A DNA stretch of 64,000 nt. Source: Octopus sinensis. Lineage: Eukaryota. Made by a program: the position numbers and the translations under genes. Positions 1-12,461 of the stretch are shown here, piece after piece (within the stretch, counting starts at the first letter, position 1; each line of letters begins with the position of its first letter). Below the pieces are notes generated by a model. That model did no database searches, had not been told where the DNA came from, and saw only the letters and a list, made by a program, of their open reading frames with translations. The stretch covers positions 81,096,001 through 81,160,000 of the forward strand of contig NC_042998.1 in the NCBI RefSeq assembly GCF_006345805.1. The letters run 5' to 3'.

Positions 1-1078
1 CAAGCGCGTGCGTGCGCGAGCCTGCGAGTATGTGCGTAAGTATGTATGTGTGTGGATGTGTGAGTGTGTCTGTGTGTATGTCCGGGTGGCAGTGTGTCCG
101 ATGAATGTATGTGAGTATGTGTGTATGTATGTGTGTGCATAGATGTATGTCCGTGTGTGTGTATGTGTGTGAGTGTGTATGTATGTACGTGTGGGTGTGG
201 GGAAGTGTGTGTATGTGCATGTGTGTGCGCGTACATACAGGTGTGTGAGTGAGTGTGTGTGTGTGTATGTATGTGTGAGTGTGTATGTATGTGTGTGTAG
301 GATGCATGTATGTGTATGGGTGTATGTATGCGTGTGTGTATGTATGTATGTGTACGTGCGTGTGTGTGTGTGTATGCGCGTAGGTGTGCGCGTGTGCATG
401 CATGCATGCATGCATGTGCGTATGTGTGTGTGTGTGTGCATGTGTGTGGGTATATATGTATGTGCGTATATGTGTGTGTGTGTGCGTACATGTGTGTGTG
501 TGTATGCATGTGTGTGTATGTAGGTGTGTGGGCGTGTGTGTATAGGTGTATGTATGTAAGTATGTATGGGTGTGTCCGTGTATGTGTGTGTATGTATGTG
601 TGTGTATGTAGGTGTGTGGGCGTGTGTATATGTGTGTGTATGTAGGTGTGTGGGCGTGTGTATATAGGTGTATGTGTGTATGTCTGGGTGTGTCCGTGCA
701 TGTTTGTGTGTGTGTGTGTATGCATGTGTATGTAGGTGTGTGTGTACGTGTGTAATGTATGTGTGTATGCGTGCGTGTGTGTATGTAGGTGCGTGTGTAT
801 GTGTGTGGGAGTGTAGGTGTGTGTGTGCGTGTGCGTGTTTATCTTGGTGTGTGCGTATGTGAGTGTGAGTGTATGGGTGTTTGTCATGCATGTGTGTGCG
901 CGTGCAGGTGAGTGTGTGTGTAAGTATGTGTGTGTGTATGTTTGTGTGAGTGTGTATGTGTGTATGTCTGTGTGTATGTATGTGCGTATAGGAGTATGTG
1001 GGTATGTGTGTGTGTATGTATATGGGTGTATGTATGTATGTGTGTGTGTGTGCATGTGTATAAGTATATATATATATA
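1..1078. repeat. Degenerate (GT)n/(GTAT)n low-complexity tract
   Basis: Almost entirely GT, GTAT and GTGC units. The V/C/Y/M-rich ORFs here are artefacts of the repeat. Confidence 0.95.
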
Positions 1079-1291
1079 GGGAAGAAGAAGATTTGAAAAT
1101 GCAGAGGACTTTTAACTTGACTGGTGTCATTTTCTTCAAAAAATATTTTCAAAAGTTAAATGTAAGACTTTGTGTAGCCTTTGAGGTGTTAAAATGGTTA
1201 ACATAGATGTTAACATAGCCTTAAAAAAAGTGAAACTGGTCAAGTCAGTAAACATCTTTAAATTACCTCTACATTTTCAAATGCTCTTCCC
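1079..1291. mobile_element. ~213-bp MITE with ~60-bp imperfect terminal inverted repeats, TA-flanked
   Basis: Left end TA|GGGAAGA..ATTTGAAAATGCAGAGG..ACTTGACTGGT matches the reverse complement of the right end (..ACTGGTCAAGT..CCTCTACATTTTCAAATGCTCTTCCC|TA). A partial related copy lies near 46405-46470. Confidence 0.7.
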
Positions 1292-1332
1292 TATGTAGTT
1301 TCACTCGTGTGGAACCTTCCAATTATACTTTG

Positions 1333-1366
<34 letters not shown>

Positions 1367-1450
1367 TCAGATGAACATGGTACTTAAGTTGAGGCATCAG
1401 AATTTAGTACGATATTATCCATACAATTTCAAAATAAGCTTATTAAAATC

Positions 1451-2414
1451 AAAATAAGCAACAAGGGTATCCAGAGATAATGCAGTACGATCGTTTCATG
1501 CAACTCCATTTAATTGAACAATGAAATCATTACATCAATTTAAAATGCAGAGCAATCTTCAGTTGCATAAAGACATAGAATCTAATTAAATTAGAACAGA
1601 TGGACACATTAGTATAATTATATCTAAAATCTCCAAGAAGTTAAGGAGATAGACAAAGAACATGCTGCTTCACTTCAGTTTAGAAGTTACTGAATTTTCA
1701 AGATATACATTGTTACAGACTCTGCCTGTCACTGATTTTTTGGCTTTTATGGGGTCAGTTTTAATTTATAGACTAGTTTATCAAATCCCTTGTATATCTA
1801 AGTCTGAGAGAACAGAAGGCAGTATCTGTTAGGGGTAGGGCTGAATGAGCAGACAGATATCATATTTGGTATAGTCATAAAAATAAAGATTTATTAGAAG
1901 CAATATCATGAATTTTGGTAAAGAAAAACTTAAAACAAGATGTTAGCTGATAATTAATGGGGTCGCCCACTAGCAGACCATTGATAATGAAACAGGGAAA
2001 GTCTTATCATGTAGTACTATAGTTAAATATTTTAAACAATGTTGCTATATTGTATACAGTTAAAGTTTAGGGTTAGTCAAAGGATTATTAAGAAAATATT
2101 ATAACACAAGGACAGAAATTTATGAATACTTTTGAGTATATACCAAACTTTTACCACTATAGAGGGAGGAAAAGAAATTATCCAGAAATAGTTTAATATT
2201 TATACATTAAATACTAACTCATCAGATGATATCTGTGAATATTGATTAACTGGTATATACTGGTATTAATAAAGTAGCATTGATGTAAAGGAACATGCTA
2301 ATTGTATATTAATAAAATTATAATCTAGGCAGATCTACTGCCTAGATTAAATTAAATGGAGTTGCATGAAACGATCGTACTGGATTACCTCTAGATATTC
2401 TTGTTGCTTATTTT
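1451..2414 (+). mobile_element. Segment bounded by a 65-bp inverted repeat; possible decayed DNA transposon (Kolobok-like motifs, weak)
   Basis: 1451-1515 is a near-perfect reverse complement of 2350-2414. The interior translates in broken frames to PVTDFLAFMG and NGVAH*QTIDNETGKVLSCSTIVKYFKQC, loosely like the NGVV..ID..TGKVLD..V.SKYC..C region of Kolobok transposases. Confidence 0.35.
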
Positions 2415-2543
2415 CTTGTCTTTACCTATAATTTATGAGCATGATATACTTGCATATGTAATACCAGGGTTAAACATAGGTAATATACCGGTAGTATAAT
2501 GGATACTTCTAGACGATTATTTTAACTTCTAACTCAGCTAACC

Positions 2544-2596
<53 letters not shown>

Positions 2597-2689
2597 GTGT
2601 GTGTATGTGTGTGTGTGTGTGTACATTTATATTTATAGTCATATAAGCACTAATTCACGAGATTTTAGAATCAAGACATTGAATCTGTT

Positions 2690-3200
2690 AGTAAATGCCT
2701 TTTATTTTACGAGCTAGGTGATACATATGTTCGCAATCTTATTGTGCCCGAGAAAACATGTCCCGTGTTTGTAAAGCCATCGGATTACAAACATAGGATT
2801 AGATTGAAATATTGCTTTCCGGCAATCAGAAAATATTTTCCCAAAAGTTTATTCTTTCCCTCTGTAAATATATTCTTTACACTTCGCCACTCTATTAGTA
2901 TAGTAATGCTTCCCATATGGTCTCATGCATCGTTACTAAGAAATCTATTGAATTTTATTTTATATAATGTATAACATTCTTCCCACTCGAGCTACATATC
3001 TTTCTTTAGGCTTATAATCCCCAACAAAATAAAGAATATCCATTATATTCTGCTTGACAACCTTATTTCACAAAATCATTTGTTATAAAGCTGCTATGAG
3101 ATTTACCGAGACCTAAATAGATGTATCGGTTGTACGGGAAAATCACACATCCACATGTCAGTAAGAAATAGTGCCGTTGATTTTAATGCTGCATTCAGGT
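2690..3200 (-). mobile_element. Possible decayed Penelope-like element, GIY-YIG-end region
   Basis: Broken minus-strand translation (EW.ECYTLYKIKFNRFLSND ... NKRHLLTD) resembles the C-terminal endonuclease region of Penelope-like elements. Many stops and frameshifts. Confidence 0.35.
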
Positions 3201-3844
3201 TTTCTTCAGATTTCCACAACGATCAATACTAGAAAACTCTTTTCAGTTGTTGAGTATCTTTGCTAATGTAACATTCGATTTTAAAAGCAATTCTCTTGAG
3301 CTTGTATCATGTAATCCTTCGACGTTGAATCATTTATATACATCTTTGAAGACTGTTGTACGCTTCTGTTTCCTTTCCTCCTCTTTCCCAACTCCCTCTC
3401 GCTCTCTCTCGCTTTGCTACCTCTCAATGTCGCTCGGCACACTCCTTTTTCCTTTACCTTTGTCCAGATATTATTAAATCCAAAAGTGCATACTTGTGTT
3501 AATAATAATGATTAATATTGATGATTCTCTTTCATGATCTTTCATTTTTTCTTCCTCTATCTACTTTATCCTCTCATGCAATAAGCTAGAATCAACATTG
3601 CTAGTAAGATTAATTATTTCTAATAATCTCCAACCTTTATACTTTCGCTCTAATCTATATGAGGTATTACATAAATATCAATCAAAAACTGTTTTTTCCG
3701 ATACAGTTCAATGTAATTTCTCGAAACCTACAGTATACATTACTTTTAGTTATTCTTTCATTCGTACATCCTTCAAATCCGTGATTATAGTTTATATAAT
3801 ATGCCTACCATGTAAGTTCACTGCCAATATTATATTTGCTCTAA

Positions 3845-4240
3845 GGCGGTGAGCTGGAAGAATCGTTAGCACGCCGGGCGAAATGCCTAGCGGTGTTTCG
3901 TCTGCCGCTACGTTGTGAGTTCAAATTCCGCCGAGGTCGACTTTGCCTTTCATCCTTTCGGGGTCGATTAAATAAGTACCAGTTGCATACTAGGGCGGAT
4001 ATAATCGACTTAATCCGTTTGTCTGTCCTTGTTTGTCCTCTCTGTGTTTAACCTCTTGTGGGTAGTAAAGAAATAGGTATTTCGTCTGTTTGTACGTTCT
4101 GAATTCAAATTCCACCTCGGTCGAATTTGCCATTTATCATTTCGAGGTCGATAAATTAAGCACCAGTTGCGTACTGAGGTCGATCTAATCGACTGGCCAC
4201 CTCCTCCAAAATTTCGGGCCTTGTACATAGAGTAAGTTAG
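3845..4240 (+). mobile_element. tRNA-derived SINE family B, dimeric form
   Basis: Head AGGCGGTGAGCTGG..GAGTTCAAATTCC (B-box-like). The core GTCGACTTTGCCTTTCATCCTTTCGGGGTCGAT is present twice. The same family recurs at ~30.2, 44.4, 54.1, 58.4 and 59.3 kb. Confidence 0.85.
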
Positions 4241-4793
4241 GATATTAAATTTACTCTCTCACACAATTAGATTCTTTGCTGTACTGTTTCTATTACAATT
4301 CATGCACTTCTGAACTAGGTAACTACATCCGGTCTACCCTCATGGGCCACCGGTTCTATTATCAGGTGTCAGCCCCTAGTCTTCTCCATGTTGGCCTTGC
4401 ACCAAAAACTTGACCCAGTTTTTCCACTCTAGCTGCGCAACTGTGAGGAATTCAACTCGTTACAACAATTTTCATACAAAGTTCAAACTCCAAGCAGCCA
4501 TCGTCCATAGCAACTGCGCTCTCAGTTATATTAAATGCATTTTTCATCAAAATGTCGTCCTCACACAATGAACGCGGACAGAGGCCTCATGAGATATAAC
4601 TGACCAATGAAACTATTGTAAAAATTAGAGCCAGTCAGTTCGTGATTCCTCCCGAGACTGTTGAGGAGTGCATTTCCATTCCAAAGCAAAATTAGATGAT
4701 GGTGCTGGTGTAACATTGCAGATATTCAGTGGTGTGAAGGCTCATCGTCAAAAAATGTTCTCGTAGCATGCAAGTCTGTCTTTGATGTGTATG

Positions 4794-5705
4794 TATACAA
4801 AGTTTGATCAATAAGTATTCGGACTGTTGTAATAGTAACGGAACTAAAGCATACAGAGTAAAGCCGCTTGGTAACGATTAACCTTAAACGTTTTTGCACA
4901 TGTGCACTAAGTGTTAACTTTCTAGCCCATTTTCGCTGTTTACAGCAGTGCTTGGAAGGAACCTGTGTAGCGCTTGATCGTCGCTTTGAGATGACAAAGA
5001 ATGTTGTCATGGTGATACCTGCTCAGAGACCTGTGCAAAGTTTCAGAAAGTGTATGGAGAGAAGTGTATGAGCCACACACAAAGGTACGAATGGTTCAGA
5101 CATTTCCAAGATGGCAGAAAGTATGTCGATATTGACGGACGTACTGGGAAACCCGCAACCAGGAGAACTGAGAAAAACATCGCAGATGTACGTGCAGCTG
5201 TTAGGAGAAGTCGTCGAACCACCATCTGTAAGTTATCAAAGGATATGCAGATTAGTTACGGTTCAGTTCAGTCATTTATCACTGAAGATTACTCAGAAAC
5301 CAGGAGACACGCCAGGTTTCTGAGAAAACTGCTTTCAGCTGACCAAAAAAAACACTTGGGTTTCAGTTGATTGTGTCGAGATTGATTTCTGTTGATTGTG
5401 TCAAGAAGGATGAAAACTGTTTGAAAACTTTACGTAGGCCTCTGAGCAGGTATTGCCAAGCTTTTGGCAAAATTTGATGTAGATTTTATACTCAACATTC
5501 TCTATCATGATCAGTGTGACAATCACACGCTACCCACGTTCTTCCAAGCGCTGCTGTAAACAGCGGAAGTAAACTAGAACTTTAAACCTTAGTACGCATG
5601 CACAGCAGAGTTTAAGGTCAATCTGTGCCAAGCGGCTTCATTCTGCATGCTTTAGCATCATTACTATGGCAACAGACCTGGTATTTATTGATCAGACCAT
5701 CTATA
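4794..5705 (+). mobile_element. Internally deleted mariner element (N-terminal HTH half of transposase only)
   Basis: ~95-bp imperfect TIRs with TA ends. ORF 5050-5370 (YGEKCMSHTQRYEWFRHFQDGR..RTGKP..NIADVRAAV..ISYGSVQ) matches the mariner DNA-binding region; the catalytic domain is absent. Confidence 0.85.
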
Positions 5706-5814
5706 ATACTCCGTAGAGTATATTTTCGATACTTTGTAGATCATGTCCGTCACTCTTTATAGAGTATGTCGCCGAATGTTAGTCACTATTTCTGTCAGTT
5801 AGTACACTATGTCA

Positions 5815-6003
5815 GTCAGTAGACTGCGGCTATGTTGGAGCACCACCTTAAAGTGTTTTAGTCGGAGAAGTCGACTTCAGAACTTATTCTTCGTAAGCCT
5901 TTTACTTAAATTATCGGTCTGTTTTGGGGAACTATTAAGTGATGGGGACGTAAAAATACCAACACCGGTTGTCAAGCGAAGGCGGGAGGACAAATACAGA
6001 CAC

Positions 6004-6034
<31 letters not shown>

Positions 6035-6190
6035 CACGACGGTCAATTTCAACTTCCGTCTACGAAATCCACTCACAAGGCTTTGGTCGGCCCGTGGCTA
6101 TAGGAGACACTTGCCCAAGGTGCCACGCAGTGGGACTGAACCCGGAACCATGTGGTTGAAAAGCAAGCTTCTTATTACACAGCCACGCCT
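5815..6190 (-). mobile_element. tRNA-derived SINE family A with internal (TA)n
   Basis: Minus-strand head GGCGTGGCTGTGT..GGTTCCGGGTTCAGTCCCACTGCGTGGCACCTTGGGCAAGTG, central microsatellite, tail ..GGTGCTCCAACATAGCCGCAGTC. Many other copies in the window. Confidence 0.85.
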
Positions 6191-7089
6191 GGGCCTAGAT
6201 ATTTCTCATTCTTTGTAAGGTATGACTCGTGGAATAACAAAGTCTTCAGTATTAAAACACAAAGGAGAATGCAGTGAGAATCAACGCCAAGATGCATTGT
6301 GTTATTTTCTATAAGGAAGCTGATAAAAGACAACAAAGAGACATCTTAATCCTGATATTTGTATTACAGACGAGAAAGGGACGCAGGTAGGGTTAAAGCG
6401 AAGTACTGATATTTTCGAATTTCCTTGTCATACCTAAGGAACATTCTAGTAATGTTACGTCATGTGATTCACTAAAAAACAGTCTGAATGTGGATTTGAA
6501 GTCAATATTGAGTGAGCACATGGAAGGAGGCGCTTCCATTATGAAGGACGTAGAAAATCGCGTGAAGCTCTTGTACAATGTCTTGAAGAGAGATACAATT
6601 CTCTGATTTTGTAGTTACATATACAAGGTTCTTCGTGGGTGGCAACGGAATTGGAAAAGACGACGGCAGAATAGTGATTCGTATAAAGGAAAATGGTGGC
6701 AGAAAGATCTTTGTCGTCACTAGGACAAATACAAATGGAAGACCAATATTGAGAACAAACAATAAACTCAAGTTGTAGTGGTTATAGGTGTACGGTGTTT
6801 GGTGTGGCGTCTGCATGGCCTCTGAATGGAACAAGGTGGTTCATGTGGTCCAAAAGAATACTAAATTTTATTGGAATTATCAATGCTGCCTGGCGCTGTT
6901 GAATGGATTGATACCGGCAAAAACTGTTGAATCTTCAATTAATGCCTGATGAAAGAGCTGCACGATATTACAGGTTATGTATAATGCCCACACACTTATA
7001 CACACACACAGACACACAAACATATACATCCTAGATATTTAATTCTTTTACACATATTCATGCTATATGCGTAGACACACACACATATG

Positions 7090-7130
<41 letters not shown>

Positions 7131-7133
<3 letters not shown>

Positions 7134-7237
7134 TATATATATACATGCAAGTAAATATCGATAAATATATATTTGTGCGTGTGTAACAAGACATACATAT
7201 CCATACACGCCCACATGAACATTGCCGCATATATATA

Positions 7238-7276
<39 letters not shown>

Positions 7277-7367
7277 TATATATATACATGCAAGTAAATA
7301 TCGATAAATATATATTTGTGCGTGTGTAACAAGACATACATATCCATACACGCCCACATGAACATTG

Positions 7368-7372
<5 letters not shown>
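7131..7372. repeat. Direct duplication, period 143 bp, bounded by (TA)n
   Basis: The ~99-bp core GCGTATATATATACATGCAAG..AACATTGCCGCA occurs at 7131 and 7274. Confidence 0.9.
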
Positions 7373-7412
<40 letters not shown>

Positions 7413-7490
7413 ATAAGTCCTTAAAAACGTTTTAGCCCGAAGGTCGCGGCCATGCTGGGGCACCACCGCTGTATATATATATATACACTG

Positions 7491-7543
<53 letters not shown>

Positions 7544-9284
7544 TTATTCGTATCTTTACCCATATACATGTATGTAAACAATATATATATATAGATACAT
7601 ACATACACACTTGCGTGCGCACGTACACACTCACATGCATACATACATACATACATACATACATACATACATACATACATACATACATACATACATACAT
7701 ACAGACATACATACGTACATACATACATACATACATACACACACACATATATATATATATATATAAACTCATACACAATTCTATGCATATGTTAATACTA
7801 AACTCTATTTGTCATCATTCTCTATCATAAATGGTTTATGGTGTTGCATTACTTCATTCAATGGCATTTGTATTGAAACCCCAATAATATTAATAATTCG
7901 GCCGTTTAATAGTGATCAAACCACTCAGTGCTTTGGCGATATGTTTTGCATTTACTATATGCTTCATCTTGTTTATACTTCAATCACAAGCATAGCAACA
8001 TTTATAGCAAACACAAAATACTAAGAAAAGCAACGTATGATCTTCGATTTATATTATTAAACAAATACCGCATCAGTAGCATTAATAAATATTGATTTAT
8101 TGAGCGTAAACCCCTTTTGTGTTTAACAAATGATACATTCTCGATTTAGTCGGTCCACTATTTTACTATTACATGTGTTTAGTTTGTGGACCTTATATGA
8201 ATAAATAAGTGAACTTATACTCCATCATATATGAATGTAGAAATTTAAGGCTATCTATTAGTTACGTTAAAGCTTGCGTCAACAGCTGTTTGAGCATACA
8301 TGAACGTTCTTTCCTTTTTTTCTGTATACGATATGAATACAGTTGGGAATGGATGTCAGTGCGTGAATGTGTCCGTTTTAATGGATCGATGTTTAGTTAT
8401 CTTTCGTTTCTGTGGTATTAAGCGCATGGGAGACATATCTTCTAGATAAAATGTCAATCTATACATTTCAGACATCATTCGCAGCTGTGAAAATAAACCC
8501 GGCAATGAAAAGCATTGAAATACCCGTTAGGTTTGCAGTTCCACTACAGCAATTAGCTGCGGGTGATACCTATGATATTGTACTGGTTATAAGTTCGTAT
8601 GCTGTACATGCTATTCAATTGATTTGTACCCTACAGAGCTCTTCATATAAAATATAAACGAGCGTAACAGTGTTTGTACATAAAGTAAAAGCAAAAATAG
8701 AACAGGTACAGATTATGCACTAGGTGCAGCACTATGATGTAAGCATTATGAATTCCACATACTTAAAGTACGAGTGTTTTGCAAATTTCAGAAGCGCTGT
8801 TTTTCATCCGCGAAAAATCCCATTAAAGACAAATTGTGCTAAAATCACAATATTATTTAAAGCTGGGTGAAACGAATTTCTATTGCATTTTTTGAATATA
8901 ATGTACTTATGAAATGTGGTGGCAAATTAGTAAATAGATTATACACTATCTGTATATACATCAGACTAATGAGTCCGATTTTATTGCGGTATGACATGAG
9001 AATGTGGCGTTGATAAGCTGCATTTACGGTGAAATGGGATGTCTGCCACTCTCGTGATCACATTTGTGGCGATTTCGTTTCGCCTAGCTCTGGAGTATAT
9101 ATTTTCTTTTAGCACTATAGGCTTTTTAAAGATTTTTTTTTAACGAACACAATGCCCATGTTTCTGGCATTTTCACAACACACATTCATGTGGAGTTGAT
9201 AGTATTTATGTTATAGAGGTGCTTTTATTGCATAATCTGAAAATATTCATCCATCCATGCATCCATCCGTTCGTCCGTCCGTCT

Positions 9285-9440
9285 GTCCGCCCGTCTGTCC
9301 GCCCGTCTGTCCGCCCGTCTGTCCGCCCGTCTGTCCGCCCGTCTGTCCGCCCGTCTGTCCGCCCGTCTGTCCGCCCGTCTGTCCGCCCGTCTGTCCGCCC
9401 GTCTGTCCGCTCGTCTGTCCGCCCGTCTGTCCGCCCGTCT
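9285..9440. repeat. Minisatellite (GTCCGCCCGTCT)x13
   Basis: Thirteen 12-bp units, one carrying a single C>T change. Confidence 0.95.
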
Positions 9441-9664
9441 GTCCGTCTGTCCGTAAATAATGCAAAATAATGCAGTAAATAATGTAAAAGAAGATAAAAC
9501 TACTTTCAATAACTGACATAGTTTATTCAAAATGCACATGTTAGTCATGTTTCTCTTCTACTATTGTAAATCTTCTTCCTGCTCTTCTTCGATACTGACA
9601 AGTAATGGGTTTCACGCAGAAGTAATGTGCCGCAAAGGAGTCTTTGATGAAAAGGCGTGTGTAA

Positions 9665-10400
9665 GCGTCCGATATCCGTAGCAGGCTATGGGTTGTTTAC
9701 AGCATTTATGCCAGTGACTCAAGTAATATGCAACTATAGGTAAAGAGGTTTAAAGAAATGGAAAACAGCATTGTAGACAGAGCACCAAACAGGAGAACGT
9801 TAATTGTAAACATTGAAAAGAATCACCAGTCGCTGGATGAATTGGCTCGCGTTGGCAGGTGAACCATTATCGGTGGGCTTGCAGCACTTGAATGAGGTAA
9901 CAGTGCATTACAACTTGTGGAAGACCAAAGTCGGAAAGCACACGATTAAAAGAAAACAGTGTGCAAGTCTGCTTACTCTTATCTGTTAGAAAGTTTTGAA
10001 GTCAATGAATACACGGAAACAATGTCTCAGTCCATTGAATGTCCTCATATTTCTTCTACGAATGCTTAAGAACAGACACAGAATATCAGTAAGTTAATGT
10101 AATTGTTTGGTGGATGACAAAGGCTTCATTCACTTTGACTTTATGGCAAGTGGTGATACCAAGGACGGCAAGTGGTATATTTAGACACCCGAAATACAAC
10201 AGAAGCGGTTAGGATGGAAAAATTGAAAAAATATCTGAAATTCACTTTCATCATGACAATACACCATCACACACATATTTCGCAACAAATGGTGCAATCA
10301 GTTAACTGGGCTGGTCAATGTTTCCCATTACTCTTTAGGTTTGCAAGTGATCTGGTGCCCTCCAACGACCTACCTCAGTTAAAGATAAAGATATATCACC
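9665..10400 (+). mobile_element. Highly decayed mariner transposase relic
   Basis: Broken translation DIRSRLWVVYSIYA..VKRFKE, IVWW..KGFIHFDFM and FHHDNTPSHT (the HDNARPH motif). Confidence 0.6.
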
Positions 10401-10444
10401 TTCCTTTTACTTTCAGTACAACCCACCCGTGCGCATTAATTATA

Positions 10445-11303
10445 TATACAGTGAACAAATTGTCTAAATTACGCAAAAATAACATCTCATTTTAACAAAT
10501 ATATTTACCAAAATCACATGAAAATATCGTGAAATACTAACGAGTAAATTTATTCAATAAAATCGCAATTGGCTTCAACCACTGTTTCCAGACGACTTCG
10601 GAATCTTCTGCACCTCTTCTGGACGGTCTCCTTGTTTAGGTTGGTGAATGCTGCCATAATCCTTGCCTTCAGTTTATATTTGGTCTCTCGCTCAACTGCG
10701 CCCCACAAAATAATCAAGGAGGTTGCAGTCTGGGAAGTTAGGTGGTCAGATGTTAGGGGTGATGCGGTCGCAGAAATCGCCTGACAGCCATGACTGGGTT
10801 CTTCTGCTTGTGAGGCATGGTGCAGAGACCTGTTGCTAGACATAGGGTCTTCCAACAGCCATCCACTTGACCCTGGGCAGCACTACCTCCTCCAAAGACA
10901 TGATGTAGGCCTCTGTGTTGATTGTGAAGCCGTGTGGGAATAAGATTAGAGGCATAACGTCGCTATTACTAGCGATCACTCCAAATACGATGATGTTGAC
11001 TAGATGTTAAATGTTTATCACTGTCGGTACATGTCCTCAGATTGCACTGTCCTCGGATCGACATCGACACCCAAACACTCGGAAATGGTTGTATTGGAGC
11101 TTCTGGCGCAAATACCAAGCAGTACAGCATGTCGTTTGCAAAGTTCTGGCAAAATGCATTGCTTCATGGTGCTATTTTTCTCACAGACGGTGCCCAACGG
11201 ACCCTACTCTACTGTGTAGTCGACAAAGTCAAAGATAAACCATGTGCATGTGAAAAATTTTTAAATATAAAATGCTGACAATTTACTCATCGCATCCTGT
11301 ATA
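10445..11303 (-). mobile_element. Internally deleted Tc1/mariner element of the maT (DD37D) type
   Basis: Minus strand gives VFGVIASNSDVMP..INTEAYI..GRPYV*QQ[V]SAPC..PDCNLL[D]Y..AVERET..CRRFRSRLETVVEANCDFIE*, with 37 residues between the last two catalytic positions. TATACAG-type termini at both ends. Confidence 0.8.
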
Positions 11304-11882
11304 TGTATGCATACATGCATATATCTATACATTACATACACACACATATATTTTTGTACCATGTATATGTGTTTCAACTATTGGACAGCGATCATGCTAA
11401 GGTACCGTCTTAAACGGTTTATTCGAACTAATCAGTGCCAGGATTTTCTTTTGTTGTAAAGTCTCTTACCTATTTGATCGGTCTCTTTTGCCGGGGTTCT
11501 AATTTAAGGGTACCTATACAAACCGACAGCTGTTGTCAAACGGCGGTTGAGGACAACACAAAACCCACATATTTTACGGGCTTCTTTTAGTATCCGCCTA
11601 CCAAATCCACTTGCAAGGCCTTGGTCGGGCCGAGTCTATGGTAGAAGATACTTGCTCAAGTTTAAGTACGATTGAATCGAAAGTCACGTTGCTGAGAAGT
11701 AAACTTCTTACCACAAATACTAACATACATAGAAATATACATGCAAACACCTATTTCTCCAAAATACACATAGTTATCGGTACACAAACAATAATACATA
11801 CACAACCAAATAAATACATACGAATATGTATATATAATACTCTATATATACATTTACAGGCAAATGCAAATACATACACAAA

Positions 11883-12350
11883 TATTAGGTTGGTGCATAA
11901 TTATTGCGGCTTTTAAAATTTTCAGTATATTTTATTCAACAGATACAATAACAAAATGTAACATAAACATCTTTAAATAATTATTCCTGGGCATATTCCC
12001 CATCTATTTCAATTACTGCTTCCCATTTGCTTGGCTGACGGAGAGACCATCATTTAAAGATCTTTTTGTTAAATATTGATGACGAGCAATAGACTCAGAA
12101 ACATGTCTTCAGGTGCTTAGTCCCAGCTGGCGGGAGTGATTGCCTCCCTTTACAAATATAAGGACACAGAAAATGTGTCAAAGCCGACAGGAGACGTTGA
12201 TGTTTTCTAGGGCTAAATGGCGGTGTGTAATTCCCTTACGGGACTGTCACATTGAGACAGTTAGAAATTCAATATTTCTAATATTGTTATTGTTTTTGAA
12301 TAATAAAATTTGTTGAAAAAACTCCGCAATAATTATGCACCAGCCCAATA
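11883..12350 (-). mobile_element. Non-autonomous mariner (468 bp) with ~27-bp TIRs
   Basis: TATTAGGTTGGTGCATAATTATTGCGG at 11883 and its near-exact reverse complement ending at 12350. The interior keeps a mariner C-terminus (KWEAVIEIDGN) on the minus strand. Confidence 0.85.
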
Positions 12351-12421
12351 TATACTCATATATGTAGTGAATTAATTATTCATAGATACATATGCTTACA
12401 CACACACACACCACACACACA

Positions 12422-12461
<40 letters not shown>

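Noticed and set aside
173-1206. V/C/Y/M-rich ORFs here and the many YIYI/HTHT ORFs across the window
   Set aside because: Translations of (GT)n, (TA)n, (CA)n and (TACA)n repeats.
4560-4700. Possible mariner HTH relic (RPHEI*LTNETIVKIR)
   Set aside because: Single short motif without TIRs or further domains.
8461-8657. Possible host exon after a TTTCAG acceptor-like site
   Set aside because: No recognisable protein similarity in any frame and no partner exons; cannot be supported without RNA-seq.
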